64,000 bases of DNA from a virus (taxonomy: Duplodnaviria > Heunggongvirae > Uroviricota > Caudoviricetes): the IMG/VR virus record IMGVR_UViG_3300028422_000873; one strand, written 5' to 3'. This document shows, piece after piece, positions 33,829 to 43,320 of this stretch. Below the pieces are notes generated by a model, which was not told the DNA's origin, ran no database searches, and was given only the letters and a program-made list of their open reading frames with translations. The position numbers were made by a program, and so were the translations under genes. Numbering within the stretch: the stretch's first letter is position 1; each line of letters begins with the position of its first letter.

Positions 33829-35113
33829 TGTTGGTTCCTTTAATATTAGGTTTTCTTATAACACCTAAATGTTTAGCTGCATTATCTACGTTTTTTAATC
33901 TTTTTTGTGCGTCTTCCGGTAAATGCTGAGATAATTTATCGCGTAGGCTCTTTACATACTCAGGATTAGCTTCTGCAAAACTAGCTGCAGGATCTTTAAT
34001 TGTGGATGAGCTATAACCAGCATCTGTCTTAAGACCGCCAACATGTTGAGCTGCCTCTTGAGAACTCATGCCGCCTTCTCCCATACCGGCAGTCATGATA
34101 TCCTTTAACTTATCTTCGATATGTTGTTTACGAGATTCAATTGCTTTAACATGGGCTTCGCTACCTTTACTAGCGGTAGCTGTTAATTGCTCTCTATGTT
34201 CTGGATTCTGTTCATGATATTGTTTTTTCCATTCACGCTCAGCGCTATATCTCTCACGTGGAGACATGGCTTTTACTTCATCAGAGTTTCTCCAATCTTT
34301 CAATGCAGAACTATAATCTCCCATTGCTGTTTCATGTGCTTTAAGTGTTTTACCTTTAGCGTACTTTATAGGATTCTTCTCTGCTTCTGCCCTATGATAA
34401 GAAACTTTACGAGCATTACTTAACCAAGGTCCAGTTAAACCTTTTAATTCTTCCATCATTTTTGGTGATATATCTGATGGTCTAACTCTATGTGTTAATG
34501 CCTGTTCAAAAGTCTCTGGTCCACGATGAGCATTAGCTAATCTTTCTGCTTCTCTAGGAGAATATCCTTGTTGCTGAAACTCTTCCATCATTTTTTCTTG
34601 TTTAGGGGTATAGTTTCCATGAGGTGACCAATCGGTGTAACCACTAGATGAGACCTCTTTTTTCTTTTGTGGTGCTGATTCTTTCTCTGATACTTGTACT
34701 GGTTTTTGTACTGATTCAGGTTCAGAGACGGCCGTTTCAGATTCATAGGGTTGCTCTTGATCTATCTGTTCGTATTCAGTTGGTGCTTCTTGTGCGTAAG
34801 CAGCATCTTCATCTCCCATATCGTTCTCTGGTTCATACGGGTTATCGAATAATTCATCACCTTCACCACCATATCCATCATCTTCTTGATAACCACCGTA
34901 TAAAGAATCTGCCTCATCCATATCTATATAGTCATCATCACTAAAATTAGGGTCATTGTCGCGCAACCATCTTTCTGCATCATCATCTACAGTTTTAGAA
35001 AGACGATCGTATATACCAGTAAGTATATCTGGGTTATCAGCTAAAAAATCCTTATTCTTTTCAATAATATTTTTTATCTCAATTAGGCTTTTTGCAATTC
35101 TTTCTTCTATCAT
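33815..35113 (-). CDS. acidic, Glu/Tyr-rich hypothetical protein
   Basis: 432 aa. Confidence 0.45.
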   Translation of the reverse strand: MIEERIAKSLIEIKNIIEKNKDFLADNPDILTGIYDRLSKTVDDDAERWLRDNDPNFSDDDYIDMDEADSLYGGYQEDDGYGGEGDELFDNPYEPENDMGDEDAAYAQEAPTEYEQIDQEQPYESETAVSEPESVQKPVQVSEKESAPQKKKEVSSSGYTDWSPHGNYTPKQEKMMEEFQQQGYSPREAERLANAHRGPETFEQALTHRVRPSDISPKMMEELKGLTGPWLSNARKVSYHRAEAEKNPIKYAKGKTLKAHETAMGDYSSALKDWRNSDEVKAMSPRERYSAEREWKKQYHEQNPEHREQLTATASKGSEAHVKAIESRKQHIEDKLKDIMTAGMGEGGMSSQEAAQHVGGLKTDAGYSSSTIKDPAASFAEANPEYVKSLRDKLSQHLPEDAQKRLKNVDNAAKHLGVIRKPNIKGTNNGNQ

Positions 35114-36144
35114 ACTAGCCCTCTTTCTTTTAATCTTGCCATTAGATCTGCAGGAATAGCCTTTTCATCGATGCCAGATAGATCAAGCTTATCATTTTTA
35201 GATTGTGCTGGTTTCTCTACAACAGTAGGTTCAGAAGTTAGTTTCTTTTGTGGCTCTTCTAGACTTAAAGGATTTTCAACTGCCGCATGTATTGGTTCAC
35301 TAGGATTGATGCCGCGTGCTGCATAAGCTTCTGGATCTTTATTTTGTAACGCTTCGTGTTTATCAAAATAAGCATCCATATGTCCTTCTTCATCATGGTA
35401 TTTATCAACCGAATCTAAGTATTTATTATAATTTTCCTCATTAAAGTCTTTAGGTGCTTTTTTATAATGCGACATAATTGGGTGATTATCTAATGGATGT
35501 GATTCAAAGGTGTTAGTTGTATCATCATGATCACCTATATGAAGATACTTACCGTTAACTTTTATTTGTTCAAGTGGATATGCCCCATTATGTCCATGAA
35601 CAGAAATTTCCTTTCTATGACTATCATGTGGTGCTTGTTGCAACCATGAATAATCACTAGTAAGACCACCGCGAGACCAACCTTTGGTATTTGTAGAGAA
35701 TTTACCGGCAGCATTCTTGTTTTGATAATGATTTCTTTCCCATGGTTTTGGATCCACAGCTTCTACTTTCAAAGAACCATTTGTATGATCAACGCCACCA
35801 TCATCAGTGAGTTTATTGATCATATGCATATACTTAAATATCTGATCAGCGTGTTTATTTGCTACTTTATTATTCTTGTTATTTAAAGCGGATTTGTATT
35901 GTGTGGCATGATGGCTCAAAGCATCTCTTATCATATCTGGATGAAGATCTGGATCCATTTCTGAACCAAAATGTTGAACTGCAAAATTAGCATTACGTTG
36001 CTGAGATGCTCTGGCCATTTTCTCTAATGACTCAATTATATTTTCTAATAAAAAATCTTCTCTAGCATACTTAATTAGAATTTGAAGATGTGGATCACCT
36101 TCTGCTTTCTTAATGAGTAGCTCCTTGAATTTATCAAGTTTCAT
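35110..36144 (-). CDS. His/Asp-rich hypothetical protein
   Basis: 344 aa; multiple H-x-H/HDD clusters. Confidence 0.45.
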   Translation of the reverse strand: MKLDKFKELLIKKAEGDPHLQILIKYAREDFLLENIIESLEKMARASQQRNANFAVQHFGSEMDPDLHPDMIRDALSHHATQYKSALNNKNNKVANKHADQIFKYMHMINKLTDDGGVDHTNGSLKVEAVDPKPWERNHYQNKNAAGKFSTNTKGWSRGGLTSDYSWLQQAPHDSHRKEISVHGHNGAYPLEQIKVNGKYLHIGDHDDTTNTFESHPLDNHPIMSHYKKAPKDFNEENYNKYLDSVDKYHDEEGHMDAYFDKHEALQNKDPEAYAARGINPSEPIHAAVENPLSLEEPQKKLTSEPTVVEKPAQSKNDKLDLSGIDEKAIPADLMARLKERGLV

Positions 36145-36153
36145 GACTACTCC

Positions 36154-36492
36154 TTAAACAGCAATTACCTCTACAGAGGGTGTTACTAATGCAGCTGAAC
36201 TTCTAATATAATCATCAGTTGCAAATACATAATGTGTTCCAACAGGAAGATAGACAGAAATTTCACTTACAGCACCAGTTGGAGCAGCAACACTTGAAGC
36301 GCCAAATGCAATATATCCGGCTGTTGTAACAACTATTCTAATTATATTACCTTTACCAACCTCTCTGGCTGTAGTAATAGCTGGATCGATGTGTGTTCCA
36401 GGAAAGTGAATTCCATCAACTGATTGAGCAATATCTACGATATTTTTTGTCAGGAAACGTCTGATATTGTTTGGTTTGAATGATACGGCCAT
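36154..36492 (-). CDS. hypothetical protein
   Basis: 112 aa, beta-rich. Confidence 0.4.
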   Translation of the reverse strand: MAVSFKPNNIRRFLTKNIVDIAQSVDGIHFPGTHIDPAITTAREVGKGNIIRIVVTTAGYIAFGASSVAAPTGAVSEISVYLPVGTHYVFATDDYIRSSAALVTPSVEVIAV

Positions 36493-36564
36493 AAATACTC
36501 CTATAGTTATATAAAGCTATAAGTATTATACCATGGTTTTAACTCAACCGACACTTAATATCGG

Positions 36565-38205
36565 TTATAATCTCCATTGACCGTTAATTACGTTAATTAA
36601 TTGTCTAGAACCGTTAGGGTATAAAAGACAAGCTGTATGCATCCAACTAGAAGCGCCTCTATTATATTCTAATTTTAAATATGTAGATGTACCTACACAC
36701 CAAGCACCTCTCAATATTTGAGGTGAATGAGAGTGGCCAAAAACACATTGACCATAGGCTTTTTCCATAGTGCGAATCGAACCACGTGCTCCATTAGCGC
36801 CTAAGTCACCGTGTGCCCCAAGAAAAACTCTAGCTATACTAAAATTATCATCACGTTTAAGCCAGCGAATTTTATCTGGTTTCTTTATGCCACCAACTAA
36901 CTCACAGGCTGCCCTCAATGGATCCTTTTTATCTAGGTATTCTAAAAATATTTTTGCTGCAAAACGAGCGTTCAAAGGGTCTTTTGGAAAATCACCCCTT
37001 TTTAAATATCTATCTAAGAATTCATCGTGGTTGCTTTTCACTATAACTAATTCATCGGTTAATGCACTTAACATATTGATATCATTAACAACACCTTTAG
37101 TTTCTTCTTCTAAATTCAATTCACCGGCTTCTGCTCTATTAGCTCTTAAGATGCAGTTATTATCTTCATGATGATTAATAGATAAATGATCAGCTAAATC
37201 ATGAACGACAATCTTATCTGGTTTTAACGTCTTAGCGATATCTTTCCAACAATCTGATACAACGGGATCTGTGGATCCTGAGTGCCAGTCTCCCAAAATG
37301 AATGCAGCTGGTGCATAATTTATAACAGTATCAGGAAAATATTGTTTACCGAGATCAACAAAATTTCCATCCTTATCTGCTTGTATTTGTCTAAAGTGAT
37401 ATACTTTATTATCAACGACTTCAACGATGATTGCTCCCATAACATGATCATGAGTTGCTATGACAGCAGTTCTTCTACTCATATACATTTCTGTGGTGTA
37501 ATCTGGAACTGTTATAGCGCCTGTGGTCATAACAGCATGTGTATGTTGATCATGTGTTGCCACATATTGCAATCTTTGTTTTGGTGAAGCATAAATAAAT
37601 CCACCATCTCTGTGCCCTATTCTATCCAATGACGTAATCGGGTCTATATGTTTAGCACTTAATTTAACTGTATTAAGATGAATATTTGAATTGAGACTAA
37701 CATCATCTACGACTAGACAATCTTGTATAGCTGGATCTACGAAAAAACCATCTTTATCATATGGTCTAGCAGGATCAGATGCTAGGAGTATTAGGAGTTT
37801 TGCGTCATTGATATTACAGTAGTTTTTTATACTAGCTAAAAAATTATTATCGGCAGGACAACCTGTTACAGCGGTAGTTACAACAAAACGTTTTGTATTT
37901 TTTATTTTAGTTCTAAGGGATGCTAATGCCCTAGGATTAAATATGGAATCGTCTAGAATGTGTTTAAATTTGTCTGGGAAACGTTTTCTGGCCGTTATCT
38001 TCAATCTACCGAGTGATCCATGATGATGAGCAACCATGTCTTTAGTTATTCCACTTGCATCTTTAAATTCTTGCATTGTAGGATAACCGCGTAGACTCTG
38101 ACATAGTGTAGCATACTTTTTAACAATTAATGCTTTTTTACTAATTGTCTTCTTTTTAGTAGTCTTCTTTTTAACTGTTTTCTTTTTAATTTGCTTCGTC
38201 ATCAT
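36565..38205 (-). CDS. calcineurin-like metallophosphoesterase with Lys-rich N-terminal tail
   Basis: start at MMTKQ (AGGAAG RBS); KKKTVKKKTTKKKTISKK tail; motifs GDWHSG, SNHDEF, GAHGD, GHSHSP. Confidence 0.55.
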   Translation of the reverse strand: MMTKQIKKKTVKKKTTKKKTISKKALIVKKYATLCQSLRGYPTMQEFKDASGITKDMVAHHHGSLGRLKITARKRFPDKFKHILDDSIFNPRALASLRTKIKNTKRFVVTTAVTGCPADNNFLASIKNYCNINDAKLLILLASDPARPYDKDGFFVDPAIQDCLVVDDVSLNSNIHLNTVKLSAKHIDPITSLDRIGHRDGGFIYASPKQRLQYVATHDQHTHAVMTTGAITVPDYTTEMYMSRRTAVIATHDHVMGAIIVEVVDNKVYHFRQIQADKDGNFVDLGKQYFPDTVINYAPAAFILGDWHSGSTDPVVSDCWKDIAKTLKPDKIVVHDLADHLSINHHEDNNCILRANRAEAGELNLEEETKGVVNDINMLSALTDELVIVKSNHDEFLDRYLKRGDFPKDPLNARFAAKIFLEYLDKKDPLRAACELVGGIKKPDKIRWLKRDDNFSIARVFLGAHGDLGANGARGSIRTMEKAYGQCVFGHSHSPQILRGAWCVGTSTYLKLEYNRGASSWMHTACLLYPNGSRQLINVINGQWRL

Positions 38206-38662
38206 CTTCTTCCTGTTTTCTTTTACGAGTTGTCCAACGATCATCTAAATGTGGACATTCTCGTTCAAACTCTATAAGCATAGCTATGTTAGCAATAGCA
38301 TGATCTAAGTGAGATAAACCTGATTCTGGATCAATATCCTCACCGTCCTGCCATGCCATCATGTGCCTTATAAGACATGCGTAAGGCACACTATAATTAA
38401 ACCCGCGTCTCCAATTATCTGAGTCATATTTGTTAGCTCCATAAGTTAATACTCTAGCTAAAGCATTTACTGCAGACACAGGAACTAGATCCATTCTCAA
38501 TTTACCGTGATTAAATCTTTGAGCTTTACCATCAACTTTATTAGAATTCTCTTGTACTTGTCCCCATTGATTAATTATATCAAAATCTGAGTTACCGCAT
38601 GTGCACGGTGCTGCTAGATCATTATTATATTCTTTACCGCACTTAATACAGCGAAACGTCAT
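38186..38662 (-). CDS. hypothetical protein with N-terminal CxxC zinc ribbon; possible all-alpha NTP pyrophosphohydrolase-like C-domain
   Basis: CIKCGKEY...CTCGNSD; ESGLSHLDHAIANIAMLIEFE resembles the MazG/dCTPase-type helix; weak. Confidence 0.35.
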   Translation of the reverse strand: MTFRCIKCGKEYNNDLAAPCTCGNSDFDIINQWGQVQENSNKVDGKAQRFNHGKLRMDLVPVSAVNALARVLTYGANKYDSDNWRRGFNYSVPYACLIRHMMAWQDGEDIDPESGLSHLDHAIANIAMLIEFERECPHLDDRWTTRKRKQEEDDDEAN

Positions 38663-39150
38663 TATTTCCTCCTACCTATTAATAATTTTTGATACTTTCT
38701 TAATGGTTTTCTTTTTAAGTCTTTTGTTGTTGCAGCCTTTATAGGTGTTGTAATTACAAAAATATCATCGTCTAAAAGCGGATCACCATCCTTTCTACAT
38801 TCCTCTTTAAATTTCTCGTCTTCTACTAACGCATGAATATCTGCAGCAAAAATCTTCATTGCTTCTCTACCAAAATACATTTCCTTATCTCGCGCCAGAT
38901 AAAAATCCTGTGTGATGTTGATTTTAATTATGGATTGTAGATATGATGTTATTAATGCGATCTCAGATGGAGAAGCTATTGGACTAAAAGCTATATCAAC
39001 TACATTTGGTTTGGCACTTATTGCTAAAATAACATGTGCTAACCTATCTGATGACGATACGGCTATAGCCTTATCAGTAATAGGACATTCTATATAATTA
39101 AATTTATCGCATAGTTTCTTGACAATATTAGAAAGATCATTAGGTGTCAT
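38662..39150 (-). CDS. hypothetical protein
   Basis: 162 aa. Confidence 0.4.
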   Translation of the reverse strand: MTPNDLSNIVKKLCDKFNYIECPITDKAIAVSSSDRLAHVILAISAKPNVVDIAFSPIASPSEIALITSYLQSIIKINITQDFYLARDKEMYFGREAMKIFAADIHALVEDEKFKEECRKDGDPLLDDDIFVITTPIKAATTKDLKRKPLRKYQKLLIGRRK

Positions 39151-39231
39151 ATTATTCCTTTAACTTGAATTATATTACTCTGCGGAGATAGATATTACAT
39201 TTTATGTATCTATTATACTTCAATGAAAATC

Positions 39232-40428
39232 CTATGTACTGTTCTTTAAGTATTTAAGCACCTCCGATGAAGATCCAGTAAATTTAGCTTTTTTACTTAA
39301 AGCTAAAATTCTTCTCCAGCGACTATATAAGCTTTTAGTTATTCTTCCACCTCTATTCAATATCTGCTGCTTAATTGTTAAAAAATCTCCAGTTATTGCT
39401 ATTAACTCTATATCGAATTGTTGTTCTGCTTGTTTCAAGAAACCTGTAATGTTAACAGTTGGATCGTAAACAGCGATCTTACCTTGCTCTATTTTTAGTA
39501 ATTTTTCTATGGGCGATTTCTTTTTATTTTTATCATAAGACACATAATGAAATTTATCAACTGGTAATTGATTACTGATCCAACTTTTACCACTACCGGA
39601 TACACCTATAATAACAATTAACTTAGGTTTACAATATCTCCAAATTCTTTTAGCTGCCGTTTTTTGCTTACCTTTAATATTCTTAACTATATTAGATGGA
39701 AAAACATTATAATGTGCAGCAGCATCCTTAATAGAGTTAAAAATTTCTCCAATATCATTAACTACTGCTTTTTGATGTCTTTCGTTGGCAGCTATTAATT
39801 TATTTTTAACTTCAGGACGCCGAAATGATGCTTTTACGCCGTCACTTACTCGTTTAAGATATTCAGGATCAGCGGACAATTCTTTTCCTATTTTACTCTG
39901 TCTTTGACGGTTTTCTTCTGATCTCCAATACTCCTTTTGCTTAATGGATTTATTAGCTCTATATATAGGGTCTTGCCAAGCTTTTGTAAAGCGTTTACTT
40001 CTCTCTTGTCGTAGTTCAGGTTTATCTTGAAATCTTTTCTTATGAGTATTACTCATCTTGTCTTTAGTTTCTTGGGGTAATTTAGTGCCCATTTTAGCAT
40101 CACTCATCTTCTGTTTACTCTCATCGGAGTACAGATTATTAAAGCCGCCAGATTTCAAGTTATAACCATTAGGGGTTAGTGATTGCTCCTTTTCAATATA
40201 TAATTCTTCTAAGATATTTAATTCTTCAATAGATGATGCAATGTGTATTTCTTCAATCTTAAAGTTATCAACTCCATATTTCGCTATTGCTCCATGGATA
40301 GCTGTTTTTTTCTTAGAATTACTAGCAGCACTGCGACAATGACCTTTCCAACGTCTCTTAAGTGTTTTAGTGGTTTGTCCAATATAAATCTTACCATTAG
40401 TTAAATTAGTAATACGATATATAATCAT
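39232..40428 (-). CDS. GIY-YIG homing endonuclease with NUMOD3 repeats fused to a C-terminal P-loop kinase-like domain
   Basis: IYRITNLTNGKIYIGQT...NGYNLKSGG (GIY-YIG); LSDESKQKMSDAKMG / LPQETKDKMSNTHK (NUMOD3); C-terminal VIIGVSGSGKSW...ILNRGGRITKSLYSRWRRIL resembles a polynucleotide-kinase-type P-loop. Confidence 0.7.
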   Translation of the reverse strand: MIIYRITNLTNGKIYIGQTTKTLKRRWKGHCRSAASNSKKKTAIHGAIAKYGVDNFKIEEIHIASSIEELNILEELYIEKEQSLTPNGYNLKSGGFNNLYSDESKQKMSDAKMGTKLPQETKDKMSNTHKKRFQDKPELRQERSKRFTKAWQDPIYRANKSIKQKEYWRSEENRQRQSKIGKELSADPEYLKRVSDGVKASFRRPEVKNKLIAANERHQKAVVNDIGEIFNSIKDAAAHYNVFPSNIVKNIKGKQKTAAKRIWRYCKPKLIVIIGVSGSGKSWISNQLPVDKFHYVSYDKNKKKSPIEKLLKIEQGKIAVYDPTVNITGFLKQAEQQFDIELIAITGDFLTIKQQILNRGGRITKSLYSRWRRILALSKKAKFTGSSSEVLKYLKNST

Positions 40429-40510
40429 GCAGTTTACTCCCTCTTCAAGAATATCTACATTAATTGTACCTATACATTAATTAAACAGTTAACCATACTA
40501 TGTAAAAAGT

Positions 40511-40540
40511 AAAAATAAAAAGGGTCACCTAAGTGACCCT
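40511..40540 (-). terminator. rho-independent terminator after the major capsid gene
   Basis: AGGGTCAC-CTAA-GTGACCCT hairpin; on the minus strand it is followed by TTTTTATTTTT. Confidence 0.75.
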
Positions 40541-40568
40541 CATTTTTTAATAATTTTAAGTACTTAGA

Positions 40569-42020
40569 TTATCTACCAACGTTTTGGAATACACAGTTGA
40601 ACCTTGGAGTATACACAAAAAGTGCACCGTAAAGAACAATCGCGAATTCAAGTGCAGTACTTACAATTGCAAAATTTATTTTGGAGAGCGGAGCCAACTG
40701 CTTGAATCTCAAACATTCAGAACTCATATCCAAAAGGAATGCCTCACCGAGACCAGGAGCTTTCGCACCAGCATCTACATAAGTAGTACCAGATAGTCTA
40801 TAGTTAGCAACGAATTCTTCTGTACCAATAGCACCACCAGCAGCAGATCTATATACTCTGATATATTTCGTGTTAGCAGGGATATTAGAAAGAGTCAAAG
40901 TAACAACTTGACCAGCAGTTACAGCAACACCACCTGATTCTTGAATTGGTGCAGATTCACCAAAGTCATTCACGAATGTAACTTTGTATTGAATAGTACC
41001 AACAGGTAGATTACCACCAGAACCACCAGCAGCAGCAGAAACAGCTGCAGATCCCAATACAGGAGCATTTGCGTTAACAGCTCTTGCTCTAGCAGTTGAT
41101 CTTGGTCTCAAGAAAAGATTTGGTTTGAAATCAACTTGACCAGCAGATGTAGTCATTTTGTTAACATCATAACCAACAGTTTGAGAGGCCATACCAGGAG
41201 CACTTCTGAATTGAGGATAGAATTGTTTGATGAAAGAAGATAGAGCTAGAGGCTCAATATGCAATTCACTTGGAGAACCAAAGTTTTCCAAAGCAATTAC
41301 TGCTAAATCTTCAATATCATCTTGAGCGATAACGTTACCGTCAAGATCTTGAACAATTGATCTCCACTCACCGAATCCAGCAAAGTCTCCAGATCTATGT
41401 TGATCGTCGTCGTCACCTTTTAGAATTTGTTGTAGAAGGCCATTCATAGCAATTGAGTTGCTAGGAAGATCAGAGAGTGCGCCGTTCATAGCACCAGTTG
41501 CAATATTAGCAAAGTGTGCATGTCCCCAATACATTTCTCTTTCAAGATGCTTAAGAAGGTGCATTGTTCCTTCTTTAGCTTGTTGAGCTACAACATCACC
41601 AACAGTTGTACGGACAAGGGTCATTTGATGAGAAACTTTTCTTCTTGTTCCGAAGAAAACGATTCTTTGTCCGTCACGGATGTATGTAGAATCCTCTTCT
41701 TGAGGTGCTCCACCTTCTCCCATGTAAGGACTAGCATCAGAACCATATCCAACAAGACGGTTGTATTGTTCAAATAGGTTGTACGCTTTGTCGACAGATA
41801 CCGCAGGCCAAAACTTGAGGTTTTTCATGTCGAACGTTACTGATTTTAGTGTAGATTCTAGTGATTCAGCTTGAAGTACACCACCATAAGTTAGATCAGT
41901 CGGTTTTCCGGCTCCACCGTAACCAGCTGTGATCGCCTTATTAAGTGCTTCTACTTCTTCTGGAGACACTAGACCTTGATTTAAACCATTTACGATTTGA
42001 TTAATCATGTCATTTTCCAT
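40569..42020 (-). CDS. major capsid protein
   Basis: 483 aa; sits after the scaffold and protease-like genes and before a strong terminator; Gly/Ala/Thr-rich; ATTTTCCATTTC upstream with GGAG RBS. Confidence 0.6.
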   Translation of the reverse strand: MENDMINQIVNGLNQGLVSPEEVEALNKAITAGYGGAGKPTDLTYGGVLQAESLESTLKSVTFDMKNLKFWPAVSVDKAYNLFEQYNRLVGYGSDASPYMGEGGAPQEEDSTYIRDGQRIVFFGTRRKVSHQMTLVRTTVGDVVAQQAKEGTMHLLKHLEREMYWGHAHFANIATGAMNGALSDLPSNSIAMNGLLQQILKGDDDDQHRSGDFAGFGEWRSIVQDLDGNVIAQDDIEDLAVIALENFGSPSELHIEPLALSSFIKQFYPQFRSAPGMASQTVGYDVNKMTTSAGQVDFKPNLFLRPRSTARARAVNANAPVLGSAAVSAAAGGSGGNLPVGTIQYKVTFVNDFGESAPIQESGGVAVTAGQVVTLTLSNIPANTKYIRVYRSAAGGAIGTEEFVANYRLSGTTYVDAGAKAPGLGEAFLLDMSSECLRFKQLAPLSKINFAIVSTALEFAIVLYGALFVYTPRFNCVFQNVGR

Positions 42021-42046
42021 TTCTTTTTCTCCTTAAAGTTAACTTT

Positions 42047-42760
42047 TTACAAGTTATATTTTTCAGCGATTGACTGTACATCGGCAGCTGAACCAGTTTC
42101 TACTCTGATAATATCAGCAGTATCTACAGCAGTCCCCGACTTTTTCAGTTCAAATAGTTTATTTGCCACATCTGACTTAGATAATGGCTCAGCTTCTTCT
42201 TCATCTGATTTTTGTAGAGCGTGAAATTGACCAGCGGGAATACCTTTTCTCTCTACAGGTTGATCATTAATAGAATCAATCATGTCAGTTAGTGAAGCAA
42301 TTTTCTTTTCTAATGAGTCAAATTTAGAGTCGATATAAGATTTAATTAGACTCTCTTGTTCTTCAAGAGATTTCTTCAATAGATCTTCGCTCTTTTGAAG
42401 ATCATCTTGCTCTTCATCGGATTTTTCAACTTCTTTATCGTCATCATCGTCGTCTTTGTCGTCGTTATCGTCGTCGTCATCTTTATCTTCTGCTTTTTCA
42501 CAGTCAGATTTTTCAGCTTCGTCGTTAACGCCTTTTTCAACTTCATCCTTGTCGTCTTCGTCGTCATCGTCTTCTTTGTCTTCTGCTTTCTTAGCGTCCA
42601 ACTCACCATTTGCGGGTTTGCCAGCGAGTTCTTTGTCGCCAGGACCTTCAATTTTAATCTCGGCCGCAGAAAACTTAGATTTCTTCAACTCTTCAAGTTC
42701 TTCAAGAGTTTCATCAATGAGACTAACAAGAGATTTTGTTAATTCATCATTTTTTTCCAT
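42047..42760 (-). CDS. acidic coiled-coil scaffolding protein
   Basis: 237 aa; poly-Asp/Glu tracts (DDDDEDDKDE, DKDDDDDNDDKDDDDDD); directly upstream of the capsid gene. Confidence 0.5.
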   Translation of the reverse strand: MEKNDELTKSLVSLIDETLEELEELKKSKFSAAEIKIEGPGDKELAGKPANGELDAKKAEDKEDDDDEDDKDEVEKGVNDEAEKSDCEKAEDKDDDDDNDDKDDDDDDKEVEKSDEEQDDLQKSEDLLKKSLEEQESLIKSYIDSKFDSLEKKIASLTDMIDSINDQPVERKGIPAGQFHALQKSDEEEAEPLSKSDVANKLFELKKSGTAVDTADIIRVETGSAADVQSIAEKYNL

Positions 42761-42788
42761 CTCAGTCTCCTTTTAGATTAGATTAAAA

Positions 42789-43190
42789 TTATTGTCCCAT
42801 TCCTAACATTTCAACATCAAAGATTACATCTTCATCATAAGATGCATCACTGTTTTCTAGTTGAACTAGTCCACCTTGTGAAAAGTCAGCACAAGCTGTC
42901 AATACACGCATTGCTACAAGTCCGTCAACTACGTCAACGTAAGTACCTGCTGTGTTAATTGCACTCTTGATTTTCAAAACACCAGGGTTGGCTACTTCTG
43001 TAAGACCTAAGAAAGGCGCAGATCCACCAAAACTTCCACCCATAGGATTTTGAATGCTAGCTTCAACATAAGAAATCGTAAGATCGTTACTTCCATTATC
43101 AACAACTACATCATCACCACTACGTGTTACTGTTAGTCCTAGAAGTTCGAGCTTACGAGCAATTTTGTCCATTCTTGCTACTTTAGCCAT
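42789..43190 (-). CDS. hypothetical head-module protein
   Basis: 133 aa. Confidence 0.4.
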   Translation of the reverse strand: MAKVARMDKIARKLELLGLTVTRSGDDVVVDNGSNDLTISYVEASIQNPMGGSFGGSAPFLGLTEVANPGVLKIKSAINTAGTYVDVVDGLVAMRVLTACADFSQGGLVQLENSDASYDEDVIFDVEMLGMGQ

Positions 43191-43320
43191 TTCATTCTCC
43201 TTATTCGTTCTGTTATTAGAACCGTTTGTTACTTTTTATAACAGTTCAGTATATTACTATACCATATATGCTTACCTAAACATAAGTAAGTACATCAGTA
43301 TTACAATATAATTATACCTG

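Noticed and set aside
42376-42776. Three overlapping ORFs (42376..42651 minus; 42395..42742 and 42456..42776 plus) with low-complexity translations
   Set aside because: They are alternative frames of the GAT/GAC/GAA-rich acidic scaffold gene 42047..42760 (poly-Asp/Glu gives poly-Ile/Val/Ser/Phe in other frames). They are artefacts.
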